From: Octopus bimaculoides
Taxonomy: Eukaryota
Assembly (NCBI RefSeq): GCF_001194135.2
Contig: NC_068983.1
Location: 85,640,316-85,704,315 of the forward strand
Direction: 5' to 3'
Length of the DNA: 64,000 nt
The notes beneath the pieces are model-generated. The model saw only the letters and a program-made list of their open reading frames with translations. It searched no databases and was not told the DNA's origin. Shown here one piece after another: positions 38,392-52,257 of the stretch. The position numbers and the translations under genes are program-made. The first letter of the stretch is position 1, and each line of letters starts with the position of its first letter.

Positions 38392-38479
38392 CAACAAAAC
38401 TACAGAAATTACATTTTTTTTTTCTCATCATTGCTAACATGTGACATCCTACTGCAATGACAACAATGATATAAGATAC
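38392..38479 (-). other. Candidate exon (VSYIIVVIAVGCHMLAMMRKKKCNFCSFV)
   Basis: Acceptor TTTCATCATACAG, donor TTG|GTAAGT; one open frame with a hydrophobic stretch plus RKKK. The CAG|GTATCT junction could instead be a donor. Confidence 0.25.
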
Positions 38480-38876
38480 CTGTATGATGAAACTTCAAAG
38501 TGACATTGATGGTAAGCATCTCCCAGTGTCACTATTTTCATGGTGGAGGAGAGTCACTCACTAGTGTAATGCAAGAAGGCTAGAACCTCTCCCAGCAACA
38601 GCAGTTACTTCTAAGAAGCCTTTTTTGTCAGTTGAAAGACTTCATTTCATAAGTGTTCTTAGAGCTAACTAAACCTGCTGTGTATCTGCAACACTGGAAG
38701 TCCTCTTTCAGCCTTCCTAAGATCCCACTGCATCTTTTGTGTACCCATAGTTTACAATACATAAATAGTACGGAAATTCTCCCAACATCTTTCTTACATA
38801 TCAAATAATAGCTGTTTCCATGACAGCAATTTCATTTGCTAACAAAAACATTCACCTCTGCTAGATTTACTTTTAC

Positions 38877-39652
38877 GAGGTGGTATCAAAAAGTTCCTGG
38901 ATTAGTTATGTTTAATAAAAAAAATCTCTTATTTACCTCCTAAGTTTTAACATCATCTCCTTCAAAATAGTTGCCTTGCACAGCAATGCACTGGTCCTAG
39001 CATTCATGCCACTTTTAGAATCCAGCCTGGAAGTTGTTTTCCGTTATGAGTCAAGGACCTTCTGTGATTTGCTCTGGATCTTGAAAACAGTGTTCAAACA
39101 GTAATCTTTGAGCTGCACTTTCATCTTAGGAAAGAGATGGAAGTCTGCAGGTGCTAAATCTGGCAAATAAGGCAGCTGCAGAAGTAATACCATGTTTTTG
39201 GCAAGAAACTCACAAGTAAAGAGAGCTGTTGTCACGAAGAATCCAATTCTTCATGCTCCACAGATCTGGTCATTTTCACCAAATGTCCTCCTTCAAACAC
39301 TCCAAAACATCAAAGTAGAATTCTCGATTGACAGCCTAACCCTGGGGGATGAATTGTCAATGCACAATACCACATTTCTGGGGGTGACGCTCAAAGCAGA
39401 TCTTCCAAGGACTTCTGCATTTGAAGCATGCTCATTGTTTCTGTAGCAGACTTTCCAAGTCTAACACAAAATTCACATTGGCTCTTTGTTCCAACATCCT
39501 GTCCATGACAAAATCGCAGGCTACAGCATACAACTGATCACAAAAACAAATTTCACAACTTGCAAAGTAAACACAGCGATGTCATTTGGCACACTGCCTC
39601 ATCAAGGTCACAGCTAGCTCTCACTGCACATGCAACTGTGCATGGAACTTAT
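38877..39652 (-). mobile_element. Mariner relic with internal deletion
   Basis: TIR TACGAGGTGGTATCAAAAAGTTCC; minus translation FLAKNMVLLLQLPYLPDLAPADFHLFPKMK (YSPDL motif region); the other end is degraded. Confidence 0.85.
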
Positions 39653-41879
39653 CCTGTAATTCTTCATCTAATTCAGCAATGAGAACTTGGTTGTCAATAT
39701 TACAAGAGTCCCCAATTAGCTAGTCTTGAATGCTTTCATTATTGCCTGAAGACACTAAGAACCAAACCCTGGTGGACACTTAGCTTCATGCTATATTTTT
39801 CACTGAACTCATTCCCAGCTCTCATAACCCCTGTAAATGACTTGCACATGGTGTGTATGTGGAAGAGGTAGACCCAGGAAGACATGGGACAAAGTGATGT
39901 GAAAGTATCTGCGGACATTGGGATTCACAAAGGGGATAACAGGGAACTGAGATTCTTGGTGGCTTGCTTGAACATCAGGCTTAAGTAAAAGCGTGATTGT
40001 CTTTGCATACGGGCTGTCCCCCTGCATGCCTCTCCAACAGAGTATTGCTAACTTTGTGGGTTCATGATTGCTGATGCAACATAAATGCACCTGTGCCGGT
40101 TCTGTATAAAAGCACCCAGTACACTCTGTAAAGTGGTTGGCATTAGGAAGAGCATGCTAAAACAGACATGGAGCCTGGGCAGTTCCTGTCAAACCATCCA
40201 ACTCATGCCAATAATGATGATGATGTTGATATCACGTTGCTCAAGTCCACTTTGGCATGATTTCTACAACTGGATGCCCTTTCAAACTCCAACCACTGGG
40301 TACTTTTTTCACATTATCAGCACTAGTGAGGTTGCTATGTATGATAGTCTGCAAGACTATGAAGCCCATAAGAAGTGAAGAATGCCAGGAAATGAGGGGT
40401 TAAAGTATAAGAGAAAGGGCCAGATTAGAATAGGTCTTTTGTTGTGTGTGTGGGAGGGGGGTTCATGGCTACCTACATTTTAGAAGAGAGGGTGGATGTG
40501 ATTAGGGTGGAGTAAGAAAGAGATAAAAATGAAGTGATGCCAGTGGTGACTCAGTGTGAACCTTTGAGATGTGAGGTGAGTAGATGTGAATGGACAAAAG
40601 AACGGAAGGGTGGGGGTTAAACTGGGGGAGAGCATGGGTTAGTGAGAGATAGGGAAGGAGTGAATATATTGAATGAAGAAATGTTGGAAGGATGACAAGT
40701 AGGAGAAGTAAGGGAAGTGAAAGTGACAAATGTAGAGAGTGGATAGGATTGAGGAGTAGATGTAGAAGAGGGGATAAAGAGTAAGAGTGACCAATCACAG
40801 CATGGAGAAGGTGAAGAGTGGCAGAATAGTAATGATGATACAGTAGACAGGGGAAGGATGAAAGCAAGATTGATGACAAGTGGTTAAATAGAATATGAGA
40901 GTGTGGTGGGGGAGAGGCAGGTGTAGTGCATGGGGATGGTGAGAAGTGCATGTTGGTGAAGATGAGAGGTTTTCACCCAGGAGGTAGGAGGTATGTAAAA
41001 TGTGAGTGGAATATAATATTCAGGATGAGGGATAACTATCAAGTGAAATGATTTTTGGTCAGGAAAAAGTAGCAATTAGAGAGATGAAAAGTGGTGGGGG
41101 TATCTTGGGGGAAAAAAAACTGAACAAAGCACCCTGTTGTACATATGTGTGCACACACACACACAGAGTTCTTCCAGAACTTAGTTCAGCTGAGTTGCAT
41201 GGGTTTTCTCAAGAACTATATATATTACTAATATCCTTTATACTTTACATCCCATGTTGTTAAAAGTACCTTTGTGAGAGAAAAGGTAGAACTATTAGAA
41301 AATACAATGGTACCCACATTGGAAAACATGTATATCTTTCATTTCTGAAGCTTACTGTCAATCCCTTCAAGACTTTTCAGAAACAACATATTTATATGTT
41401 GAACTGTTATGTTCAACATACAATATTTTCCAGCATCCAAGTCAACATAGTATGTTGTGCAAATGCTCAAACATTGTCACTACCATTCTAAATCTTGCTG
41501 TATTTCACATGGACTGTTTTGCCCTTCAAAGCTGTCTCAGTGTATATGGTTACCTACCTCTTTTGGCTGTAAATTTTGGTCAAAAAATTCAAGTTGTATG
41601 CCACAGTTCAATTAGTACAACTCTTTATTTTTCATGTGTGTGCTCTTTGGATAGCTTCTGGCCCCATAGTTATTTAACTAGCATAAAGCAACCATAGCTA
41701 AGAACAATAATCTGAGAAACTAAGATGAAATTTCTTCCAGAAAACCAACATGATTTTTGCTTTTATTCACAATACTCTAAAGACCCATCTTGCTAGTCGT
41801 GTGTAAGTTTTTTTTTTTTTTTTTTTTTTCCATTCACATATTTACATGGACCAAATGAATCATTACAATTCCAGGATTC

Positions 41880-42100
41880 CACAAAGTCTCTGACTCTGGT
41901 ACTGCAATTAGTTCCAGTCCTGTGTATCCTGGCTGAACTTTGTTGAAAGGTCAATGGCAAAGAGGTAGAAACCTTACTATATTGAATTTCACTCCTGTTT
42001 TCTTTGGCCCATCTGAATACAGTATCACGATCCTCTTAAGATCTTTTGTGGCCTTTTACAATCTTTTATCTTACTATCATCAGCATAGACTAAATAACTG
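41880..42100 (-). mobile_element. CR1/L2-type LINE RT fragment
   Basis: YLVYADDSKI then DTVFRWAKENR after a frameshift. Confidence 0.55.
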
Positions 42101-42144
42101 ACTGTGCAGACAAATGAGGATATATCCGATATAAATATCTAAAC

Positions 42145-42275
42145 CAGTCATGGGCAAACTGCAACCTGCAGGACTTTCTGAATGACACGCCTTAGTTTAT
42201 TAGCAGTGCGATCCGTCTGGTAATGGGCTTGTGTCTCATGCAGCCCGCTTCTCAAAAAAAGATTGTCCATGCCTG
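42145..42275 (+). mobile_element. hAT-type MITE, 131 bp
   Basis: CAGTCATGGGCAAACT...GATTGTCCATGCCTG with a perfect 8-bp TSD ATCTAAAC (42137-44 and 42276-83). Confidence 0.85.
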
Positions 42276-42922
42276 ATCTAAACAATAGAATGAGTACCAC
42301 TGTTTGGACGCAACAACTTGACTTTCTGCTTTGTGTGAAGCCATATAGCTACTCTAATGCGCGCACGCGTACGTGTGTAACATATATGAACATACACACG
42401 AATGTACGCACATTTAATATATCCACTCCTTAATCCTTTTCTAATATACACATGCAGGTATCTGAATGTCTCTTGGTTATGTTAAATAGAAAAAAAAGGG
42501 GGAGATGTTTGGTGGGGGTACAAAAGGAAGTCTTGCCAAACATTTTTTTTTAAAGAAATACTGGACAATGTCGTGCTTGATATACAAAAAAGACGGGCTG
42601 ATCATAACTGGAACAGCTTTGATCGATTAGAAGATAAACAACAACAAATAGCCTAAATATGGCATCCATCACAAATTTGGGAATGTTTATTTATTGTGAA
42701 TATGTTTCAGTAATTATCAGCAAAACTTTACTTTCAAATACTGATGGTGTGTATATATGAAGACGTGATGTGTGTGTATGAGAGAGAGAGAGAGAGAAAT
42801 AATAGACATACTGGTGTGAATTGAAATTATAAATATTAAATGTACACATTGAAAGAGCCAACACAATACACCACAGTAGTTTTTTAAAATTGAAGTCGGG
42901 TTCATATTTTAACCACGGTTAC

Positions 42923-43022
42923 CTGATGTCATGATGACAAAGGATAAGTGCGAGTAAGAGAGGATAAATATCGTTGCCAAATATAACCCTATCTCTAACC
43001 AGGTTTTCGTTGTACGGTCCAT
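42923..43022 (-). CDS. Candidate first coding exon (exon 42923-43037): MDRTTKTWLEIGLYLATIFILSYSHLSFVIMTS, signal/transmembrane-like
   Basis: Acceptor after a (CT)n tract ...TTCTTGATTAG, donor CAG|GTAACC, fully open frame with a hydrophobic helix, phase 1 end. Confidence 0.45.
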
Positions 43023-43050
43023 TAAACCGTACCAAGGCTAATCAAGAATG

Positions 43051-43085
<35 letters not shown>

Positions 43086-44169
43086 TTAAAAGCAGCCACC
43101 TCCTCATAGTTGTAGCAGACCTTAACTTAAAGCATTGAAGAAAAAAAGAGCCGTTCCTTTATGAATATCCTAGTCTTGTTTCCTTGCAAAGACAAAAAAA
43201 ATCTTTCAAAGAATATATTATATTCAGATCAAAATATCGGGGTCAGACTAATATCAAATAAAAATTTAAAAATAAATAAGAAGTAATCTAGAACAAGTGT
43301 TTGAATTGATCACTATATGTGTGTGTGTTGTGTTTATATATTATAAACATATCTCTTGGTGAAGAACGTATATGGAACAGTTCACCATCTTTCACTTCCT
43401 TATAATCACGTCTGCGCTAAAAATAAGGATACACGTGTGAGTGGTTACACAAATGTTGAAATCAAAATCTGGCTTTTTAGCACTCAACAAATGTAAAAAC
43501 GTGTGCGTATTTGACTGCAATTTTTTTTTTCTTTCTAATTCTCTGAATTCTTCCTTTATAAAGAAGAGTTAGACTCTAACCAAGAAACAAAGCTCCACTG
43601 TTGGAATTTAGATGAAAACAACAGCTAAGAGATACATTTTGATTTTTAGCAATGTCTCGTATATTTTCACCGTTCCCCTGAATTTATATAGTTCGGGTTA
43701 GCTGATCACTTTTTTGTGCGTGTATATATGTAAAATTTGTTTATCTGCTTATTTCACCAGTTCCTTGCCTTACATATATATATATATATANNNNNNNNNN
43801 NNNNNNNNNNNNTATATATAATTAACGAAATAACTAAACATTGATATATCTAGAGTAAGCTTTATTGACATAGGAAAGGTTTTCCTAATAGAAATTTACC
43901 ATGGGAATATAGAAAAAAACGAGCAGGTGCGCACTACTGAAAGTATAATTTTTCTATCATCCTTTCATCATTGTATACCTTTGACTTTTGTTTCTATTTA
44001 TAATTCCTTTATCTATTTCTGTTGCCAACGTTTAATTTAATGTCTTATTATTATCATTATTATCCGCATCATAACTACCAGCATCATGAAAGTGCTTGAA
44101 AGAGGGCTACAGGAGTGATTGACAACAAACCGCTGAGATATAGATAGACCTGCCACCCTCTCAACTCAC

Positions 44170-44276
44170 TCCAGAGATGCGCAGTCTTGCCAACAACAGG
44201 CAGCCCAGGCTTGTCTGGATATTACTCGATGATACCACCACTGGCACACTGAAAACCTTGCACTGTTTCGACGAAC
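44170..44276 (-). other. Candidate exon, probably 5' UTR
   Basis: Acceptor TTTATTTGGCGCAG, donor GGA|GTGAGT, 107 nt, no ATG. Confidence 0.4.
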
Positions 44277-44477
44277 CTGCGCCAAATAAATAGTACATGA
44301 AACAAGAAAAGAAAGGGGGAAAAAAGCTAACATAATGTAAATGCTCACAGCTTAACATCATAAGTACGGAGAGGAAACCATAAAAGAAACATATGTACAA
44401 TATACATGTATAACGAGGTTACACTAACATGCACATACAAATCTATGAATGTGTATGTATGTGTGTGTGTATATGTA

Positions 44478-44566
<89 letters not shown>

Positions 44567-44611
44567 ACACAAATGGGGAAAAGACGAACAATGTTTATAT
44601 GTACGAGTGGG

Positions 44612-44656
<45 letters not shown>

Positions 44657-45686
44657 GCATGTATGTATATATACACACACATAAACAGCGTTTGTATACG
44701 CGTGTTATGTGTGAGAAGAGACGCTCGTTGAAATTCATAACTAAAGACCTCGACTTTCATATATATATATATATAATACGTATTCCTTTTTAAACCAGTA
44801 GGAATTGTAGTGGTCAAAAATGCATGCTTTCGTTTGACTCAAGATAGATATAAACAAATACATCGTAAATACATAAATAAAACAATGACCTTAAACTATA
44901 AAGAGATAAGGATAATAATAGCAAAATAACAAAACAAAAACACTATGGTCTATGAAAAAAAAAATTAAGCAAGACTTGCTACGCAACAAAAAGCCTTCGT
45001 CTTCATACCACAATAAACAAAACAAAACAAGCTGTGTCCCTCGCCCTCTCGTGTATCTATTTATGAAGGAAAAACGAAGGCCATGGAAACTAATAGGATA
45101 GAGACAGAGGAAAGAAGAATAAACATTCATCAGATAACACCATCAAACTCCTACAATAAAAGGCAAAACTTCAGTTTCGTAATTTTAATATCCTCATGAT
45201 CAAATTAATATTTGGTCAGTACCCGAGTCTATGTTTATATCAAAATATAGCACAGTAAAAATTTTCATTCGTTTGAAGTTTTTATTTTTTTAATATTTTT
45301 ATCCGATGATATATGAAATGTGTATACAGTTTTTTCAGGGTTATTTTTCTTTTTCCATATAAATCAGGCACTAGGAGTGGACAAAAGCAACAAAATGCTA
45401 AATGAGATGTGATTGAAAGATAATAATAAAAATTAAAAAAATACATTTATGCTTTTGCTTTGATCAAGAAAATATACGTGTGTATATATATATAAGGTTG
45501 CTTTAGTGAATACAAGAGCAAATATCTAATAATAAATAACGCACCATGTTAGCTAGATACAATATATTCCGTTGTTATTGTTAATACTGGTGGTATGAAT
45601 ATGTGTGAGTGTGTGTATATGAAAGATATAGCATATCTCCTTGTATGCGTGTTGATATATAGACGTGTGTGTGTGTGTGGACTTAC

Positions 45687-45810
45687 CTTGGGAAAGCTCT
45701 CCAGGCAGTAGTACTTCACATCATGTGCAGTTAGATGCAATATCAGGCAGCAACAGCAGGAAGTCTTAGGACATTGTAATAAACCCGAGGTAAGTAAATA
45801 GCCACGGTTG
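45687..45810 (-). other. Candidate first or early exon, probably 5' UTR
   Basis: Strong donor AAG|GTAAGT at 45686; possible acceptor TTTTGGCAG at 45811. Confidence 0.4.
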
Positions 45811-46125
45811 CTGCCAAAATTATGTATGTTGTGAACTACATAGAAAACAAGCATACATGGACTTATTATATTTCTTTCACTTGTTCGCTCTCTCTGTCTA
45901 TTTATGTTGTGGTTGATCTCAAACAAAAGAGAACTCGAGAATACGTAGTTTTTTGTAACGCTACCTCCGATTGGTTCGATTCGATGACGCAAAAATTGCT
46001 TTATTTCAACCGCAACAAAATAGAAGTCGATATAATTTTTAGAATAAAAACTTTCCAATAACACAAGGCTCCAGAAATAGTCTTTATATACTTCTTATGA
46101 CTATTTTCTCTTTTTTTCAAACCAG

Positions 46126-46167
46126 GTAATGTCTCAAAAGAGATTTCTTAAATACCTAACAGTAGTC
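46126..46167 (+). other. Candidate + strand exon with ATG (MSQKRFLKYLTVV)
   Basis: Long pyrimidine tract plus CAG, donor GTC|GTAAGC. CAG|GTAAT could instead be a donor. Confidence 0.2.
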
Positions 46168-46214
46168 GTAAGCTATCAAGAGAAATAACCAATGAAAAGC
46201 AGTTTTGCTCACGT

Positions 46215-47432
46215 AAAAAGGACCATGTGGATACTTCCTCAATGTTTTGGTCTGAATGTGACGTCATAGAAGGAGACGAGATAAACAGTAACAAACCTAG
46301 CAAGTTTGTTTTCAGGGATTGTTTACTGTTTACTTTCGCTCGATCTTTTTTTTATTTAATCTAATATTCCAGTCTTTAACTTCTTTCTAAATATTCATAT
46401 CTTTTATATGACAAATTAATAATACATTATTTCGATTTATTTCACGGCCTTTTTTCTAAATATATTTATTTATTCGTAGTTCGCAGTAACAGTGACTTTC
46501 GCTCATATCCTCCTTGTAGTGCATAAAGAAGCATATCAAAATTGTTATCAATGAATTTGTTGAATAATATTTTGTCTCGATCCAAAAGAAAAACATTCAG
46601 AGATGTTTATTTCTTCTAAAACAACATACTACCATTAGCAACATATTCTGTTGTTGTTTTTCTTTTCTTTCTCTTTTTCTTTTTGTTCTTGCTGGTAATA
46701 TTTAATTGTATATGGCAGGCAGGATGCCTTGCCATATTGTATCCTGTTTGTGAGTTCAAATTCCGTTGGAGTCGACTTTGTCTTTCATCCTCCCTGGATC
46801 GATAAAATAAGTAAGTACCAGTCAAGTACTGAGGTCGATCTTAATCCACAATAGCCATCCCACCCCAAAACTCATGGCTTTGTGTCCACGTTAGAAATCA
46901 ATATTTAATTGTGATATTCTGAAGTTTTTTTTAGGTTTTATTTTTTTTCATAAATTCTTTTGTGAACGTTTATAAATATAACAAAAAATGTGAAATGTGC
47001 CTATATATTTGTGTATACGAGTGTATATGTATGCATGTTCTTTTATATTTGTGTGTTTATGTGTGCACATGTAGGTGTGTATTGACGTTGTATAGGCAAG
47101 CTTATCTATCTTTCTATATATATCATGCATATATACAGATACATGTACATGCATATATATGTGTGAACATTAAATGACTCAACATGCTCTCACTCCGAAT
47201 TTAGTAAAGTCTGCTATCTGTCTGTCTATCTAGATAACTAGCAAAATAATTAAATTCATAGAATAGAATCATAAATATTCTCTTGTGTTCCTGTAGTATG
47301 AATTTATGGATTTATTTAATTTTGCAATTCCCTACATACAAACTTGCTATGGTTAACTGCTTATCTTTAGTGTCTTTCAATGACGTCACATTCAGACCAA
47401 AACAGCGAGGAAGTATCCACATGGTCCTTTTT
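46215..47432. mobile_element. About 1.2-kb element bounded by about 95-bp inverted repeats
   Basis: 46215-46310 and 47338-47432 are reverse complements; the outer 53 bp are nearly identical. No coding content; a family C SINE is nested inside. No TSD resolved. Confidence 0.7.
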
Positions 47433-49013
47433 GCCCAAATATGTGTTTGTGTGTAAATTGGGAACAGCCTTTCTTTGAAACATGTTGAAGTAAAGGCATA
47501 ATCATGTCCAAGTTTAATCTTTTTTATTAAGGATTGTTAGCCCTTTTCTTTTAGATTGGAACAATAGCGTTCCTTAATTCATTAGTCCATTAACGTTCTA
47601 GTTCTCATCATCAGAACAACGTGATATTCATCGAGGTGCATTGTTCGCACATTTCGTGTGTGTGCGTGTGCGCGCCTTTTGACAGAATAATCAATTGGAG
47701 AGGACGTTGAACTCGAAGTTTGTGGGTCATAAATTCATTGCATCTCTTCGCAAGCAACTTCATTCGACACAGCTCATTTGACTTAATGTCATTAATAGGT
47801 ACCAGGCCTTCAGGCATTTCATTTTTTAATTGTTTGTATTTAGAGTCTAAAGCTATATAAACTAACTGGCTATGTTATTGAGATAATAGAATAGTCTGCT
47901 ACTACTAATAAGATAGCTGATAAGTTCAAATCGTCTACAATTATGGAGACGAAGTGGCAGAGTCAATGGAACACTGGATTGATTGCTGTGTAACATTTGT
48001 TCTGACTCCGAGCTCCAAATTCAAAATCCTGCTGAAGCCAACTTTGCCTTTTATCCTTTCAAGGATACATAAAAGAAAAATGTTCCAGTTGTGGGCAGTG
48101 GGTTGGTGAAACTGTAAGAATGTCAGACAGGATGCTTTGCAATATTTGTTCAGTCTCTATATGTTATGAGTTCAAATCCAGCAATGGCCTACTTGGCTGC
48201 TAAACCTTAACTTAATCAAGTTTCATATCACCACCTGGCACCAGTAGTACTTTTAGAGGAGTCAACTCTGTTGCAGCCATCCAGGTCAGGTCATCAGTTG
48301 GAGGATACCTTCTTGTCTCCCATCAGTTTCAGATGCCTTGTAAAGGGTCGTGGGCACAGTCCTTTCCCTTGACTAAATACAGAAAAAAAATTCAGAATTC
48401 TATAAGCACAACATTCAATATACATCTAACTGCTGGTTGCCTATTCTTATTTCACACTTGTATGGTTAGTAATATGACATGTATTTCACCTGTAAAAATG
48501 TTTCTTTCATTCAACATTGCCATCATCACCATTATTTAACATCCATTTTCCATGCTTGAATGTGTTGGACAGTTTGACAGGAGGTGGCAAGCCAAAGAAC
48601 TGTGACAAGCTCTATTGTCTGCTTTGGCATGATTTCTACAGTTGGTTGCCCTTCCAAACACCAAATACTTTAAAGATTGTACTGAGGGATTTTTATGTGA
48701 CACCAGTACCATCAGGGATGCCAAGTAACTTGTAAGACCAAACCCCGCTCAACTGGGAGGTAGCTTTGTGCTAGTTGATGAGAGGCTAAAAAGTATAATA
48801 GAGGGATAGAGAGAGGTATTTTGCTGTAGGCAAGACACAGCTACCCCAGTTGAAAATGAAAGGAAAGAAAGATAGTGGTGAAGGAGATGTGTCAGAATAT
48901 ATTCACATGGTTGGGAATGTGTAGAAGTAGATCTTTAATATAATTGCATTAACAAAATGCAATTATTTAAACTGAGTAAAACCATTCTGCCCATATTAAA
49001 CTCATACATTTAA

Positions 49014-49197
49014 CCCTCTCAGATGTAATATTTATTCATTGTTTTAAATTAATCATGCATTATCTCATCCCTTCAATGATATTATTTATATTGAAAACGA
49101 CATTGTAGGATAGGTGTGAGAAGCCAGATATGGCTGCTTTGAACATAAAATAGGATGAATATTTGGGACAGTTATGGCCAGTTTAAATGCTAAAGAG
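49014..49197. mobile_element. TTAA-flanked (piggyBac-like) MITE, degenerate
   Basis: TTAACCCTCTCAG...GCTAAAGAGTGAA termini resemble TTAA-CCCT...AGGG-TTAA elements. Confidence 0.45.
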
Positions 49198-50591
49198 TGA
49201 ACCATTTTGAAATCATAGTCAAATTTCCCTCATGTCACTCATTACTGTCTTAAATACAGAGAGGGATACATTGGATAATATAGTCCTTAAACCAACAGGA
49301 TGGTCATTGGTGAATTAACTTTGGTTACTGTTAGGCTTCATTAGGACTGGCCTGGACAAAACAAAATAAACAGCAAGCTGAAGAATAGAGTATTTGAAAC
49401 AGTGTAAACCTAATCCTTTCTACTATAGGCACAAGGGCTGAAATTTGGGGGAGGGAAATAGTCGATTTCATCAACTCCAGTGCGTAACTGGTACTCATTT
49501 CATCGACCCCAAAAGGATGAAAGGCAAAGTCAATCTCGACAGAATTTGAACTCAGAACATAGCTACTGGTGAAATACCACTAAGCAGTTTGTCCAGCGTG
49601 TCAACGATTCTGCCAGCGTGCCACCTTTCAGTACAAACCTAATAGTTACTTCATTTATATTGCACAGCTAGAAGACAAAGTTAATCCCAGTGCAATTTGA
49701 ATGCAAAATACAGAAAAATGTAACTACCATACATGAAGGTATTCTAGTCCATTATTAGCTTACTTGTTTCAGTCATTGAACTGTGACCATACTGGTGCAT
49801 GACCTTGATGGCTTTAATCAATCAAACTCACCCAACTTCTTAATTTATGAAGACAAAAAGCACTAGTTGCTCAGTGATGAGTGATAAATGCAAAAATGAA
49901 CACACACACACTCACATACATATATGTGTGCGTGTATATATATATATATGTACATGCATGCATACATACATATATACACAGGCAGACAACTATCATCAGT
50001 ATCACTGATTTAATGTCTACTTTTCCATGCTCACATGGTCAGGCAGAATTTGTTGAGGCAGTTTTTCAATGGCCAGTTGCAATTCCTGTGTAACTAACGC
50101 TCACTTGTTTCCAAGCAAACTGATATTTTCCCTGGCTAGAAACAAAGGACATTGCTTGTTGGATGGAACTGTTCTCACATAACTATAGTGTTATGTCAAG
50201 ACTACTAAACACAAAAATAAACACACACATATACAATAGGCTTCTTTCTGTTTCCATCTACCAATTCCACTCACAAGGTTTTGTGCCCAAAGTGCTACAT
50301 GGTTGTGAAGCAAACTCCTTAATTATGCAGCCATTCATGGGCCTCCTTTAATGTCTCTGTTACACTACAAATATAATAATAGTAATGGTTTGTAAAATAG
50401 GCACAAGACCACAAATTTTGAAGGAGAGAATAGTCAATGAGCTCAACCTCGTATATTTGTTTGGTATCTATTTTATCATATACTTTACTGGTATTTATTA
50501 TTATTATGGTTGAGTTCCAGTCCAGGCCACAGCAACAAAGTCCACCTGCTACACTTTTTGGTCCATCATCACTGCCTCAAGGTCCTGAATA

Positions 50592-50749
50592 CAGTGTGGT
50601 AAGTAGCTTGCTTACCAACCACATGGTTCCTGGTTCAGTCCCACTGTGTGGCATCTTGGGCAAGTGTCTTCTACTATAGCCTCAGGCCGACCAAAGCCTT
50701 GTGAGTGGATTTGGTAGACAGAAACTGAAAGAAGCCCGTCGTATATATG

Positions 50750-50786
<37 letters not shown>

Positions 50787-50982
50787 GTGTCTGTGTTTGT
50801 CTCCCACCATCGCTTGACAACTGATGCTGGTGTGTTTACGTCCCTGTAACTTAGCGGTTTGGCTAAAGAGACCGATAGAATAAGTACTAGGCTTACAAAG
50901 AATAAGTCCTGGGGTCGATTTGCTCGACTAAAGGCTGTGCTTCAGCATGGCCACAGTCATTTGACTGAAACAAGTAAAAGAG
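50592..50982 (+). mobile_element. SINE family A, near-consensus
   Basis: Collinear with 18684-19056. Confidence 0.9.
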
Positions 50983-51892
50983 ATAAGCAATATATTTGAC
51001 AAAGGAATTTGAACACTAAAGAGTTTTAAGCTCATCAAAATATTAACTCAGAGTGTAAAGAGCTCGATCAAATAATGCAAGGCTCTTTTTTGACACTCGA
51101 ATGATCCTGCCAATCTACCATGAGGATAATTATGTTCCTCATATTTTCCTTCCATCTCAGCATTGACAACAGTAAAAACTAATAAAGGTTAGTAGACAAA
51201 AATATTTAATCCATAACTAGTCTGACAAAATATATTGTAATTTTCCAATGGCTCAAGCCATAGGTGAAACAGAAATTTTGTTGGATCACTAATTGTGGAT
51301 TAAATATTTCTATTCACTCTCAGACCCACCTTTGAATACTTTATCTTAAGTGGCCAGACATGGTTTCTTTTTGAACTTGTCACTCCTTGAATAAATATTA
51401 TTTGATACACATATTTATACAGTAGATTTTTCAGAGTTTATATTTGCCAAATTCTACACAAAATGTTATTGTGAACCCAAAGCTACGGTAAGAGATAGTA
51501 AGGTACCACAGAGTAAGATTGAACTTAGAGCTACAAGCGAACTTCTTCACCACACCACCATACTAAACACCAGGTCAAATATCATCATCATCATCATCAT
51601 TTCAATATCCTACAGATTATGCTTACATGAGTCAGAGAGAGTTTATTGAGATAGACTTTCTGTTTCTAAGCAAAGTAATATTTCCTCATAGCCAGGCATG
51701 TTCTCATAGAATATTGGAAATGAATAACACTACCTGCATGACAATCATTTAACAATTATCACATGATGTCAAGACAAGTAGACACACACACACACATATA
51801 TAAATATATATACATACATACATATATATATATATATACATATCTTTTGTCATTTTGTCTATGAGAACATGTCTGGCTATGAGGAAATATTA

Positions 51893-52257
51893 CTTTTATT
51901 TGTTTCAATCATTAGACTGTTGGCATGCTGGGGTGTAGCCTTCAGGAATTTTAGTCAAACTAGTTGACCCCAGTACTAATTTTCTTTTTCAGCCTACTAC
52001 TTATTCTATTGGTCTCTTTTGCCAAACTGCTAAGTTATGGGGGACATAAACACACTAACATTGATTGTCAAGTGGCGTTGGGGGACAAACACTAAGACAC
52101 ACACACACACACACACACACATGACAGGCTTATTTCAGTTTCCATCTACCAAATCCACTCGCGAGGTTTTGGTTGGACCAAGGCTATAGTAGAACACACT
52201 TGCCCAAGGTGCCATGCAGGGAGACTTAACCACGTGGTTAAGAAGCAAACTTCTTAT
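51893..52257 (-). mobile_element. SINE family A, head cut by the N-gap
   Basis: Reverse complement match. Confidence 0.85.

Larger units (their letters stand above)
42200..47800. promoter_or_regulatory. Second CpG-retaining domain (putative promoter region, possibly bidirectional)
   Basis: Elevated CG by eye, clustered strong splice donors on both strands, two TGACGTCA sites. Confidence 0.5.

Noticed and set aside
45549-46064. 171-aa minus ORF
   Set aside because: Reads through a strong donor into a (CA)n tract; better explained as an exon plus intron.
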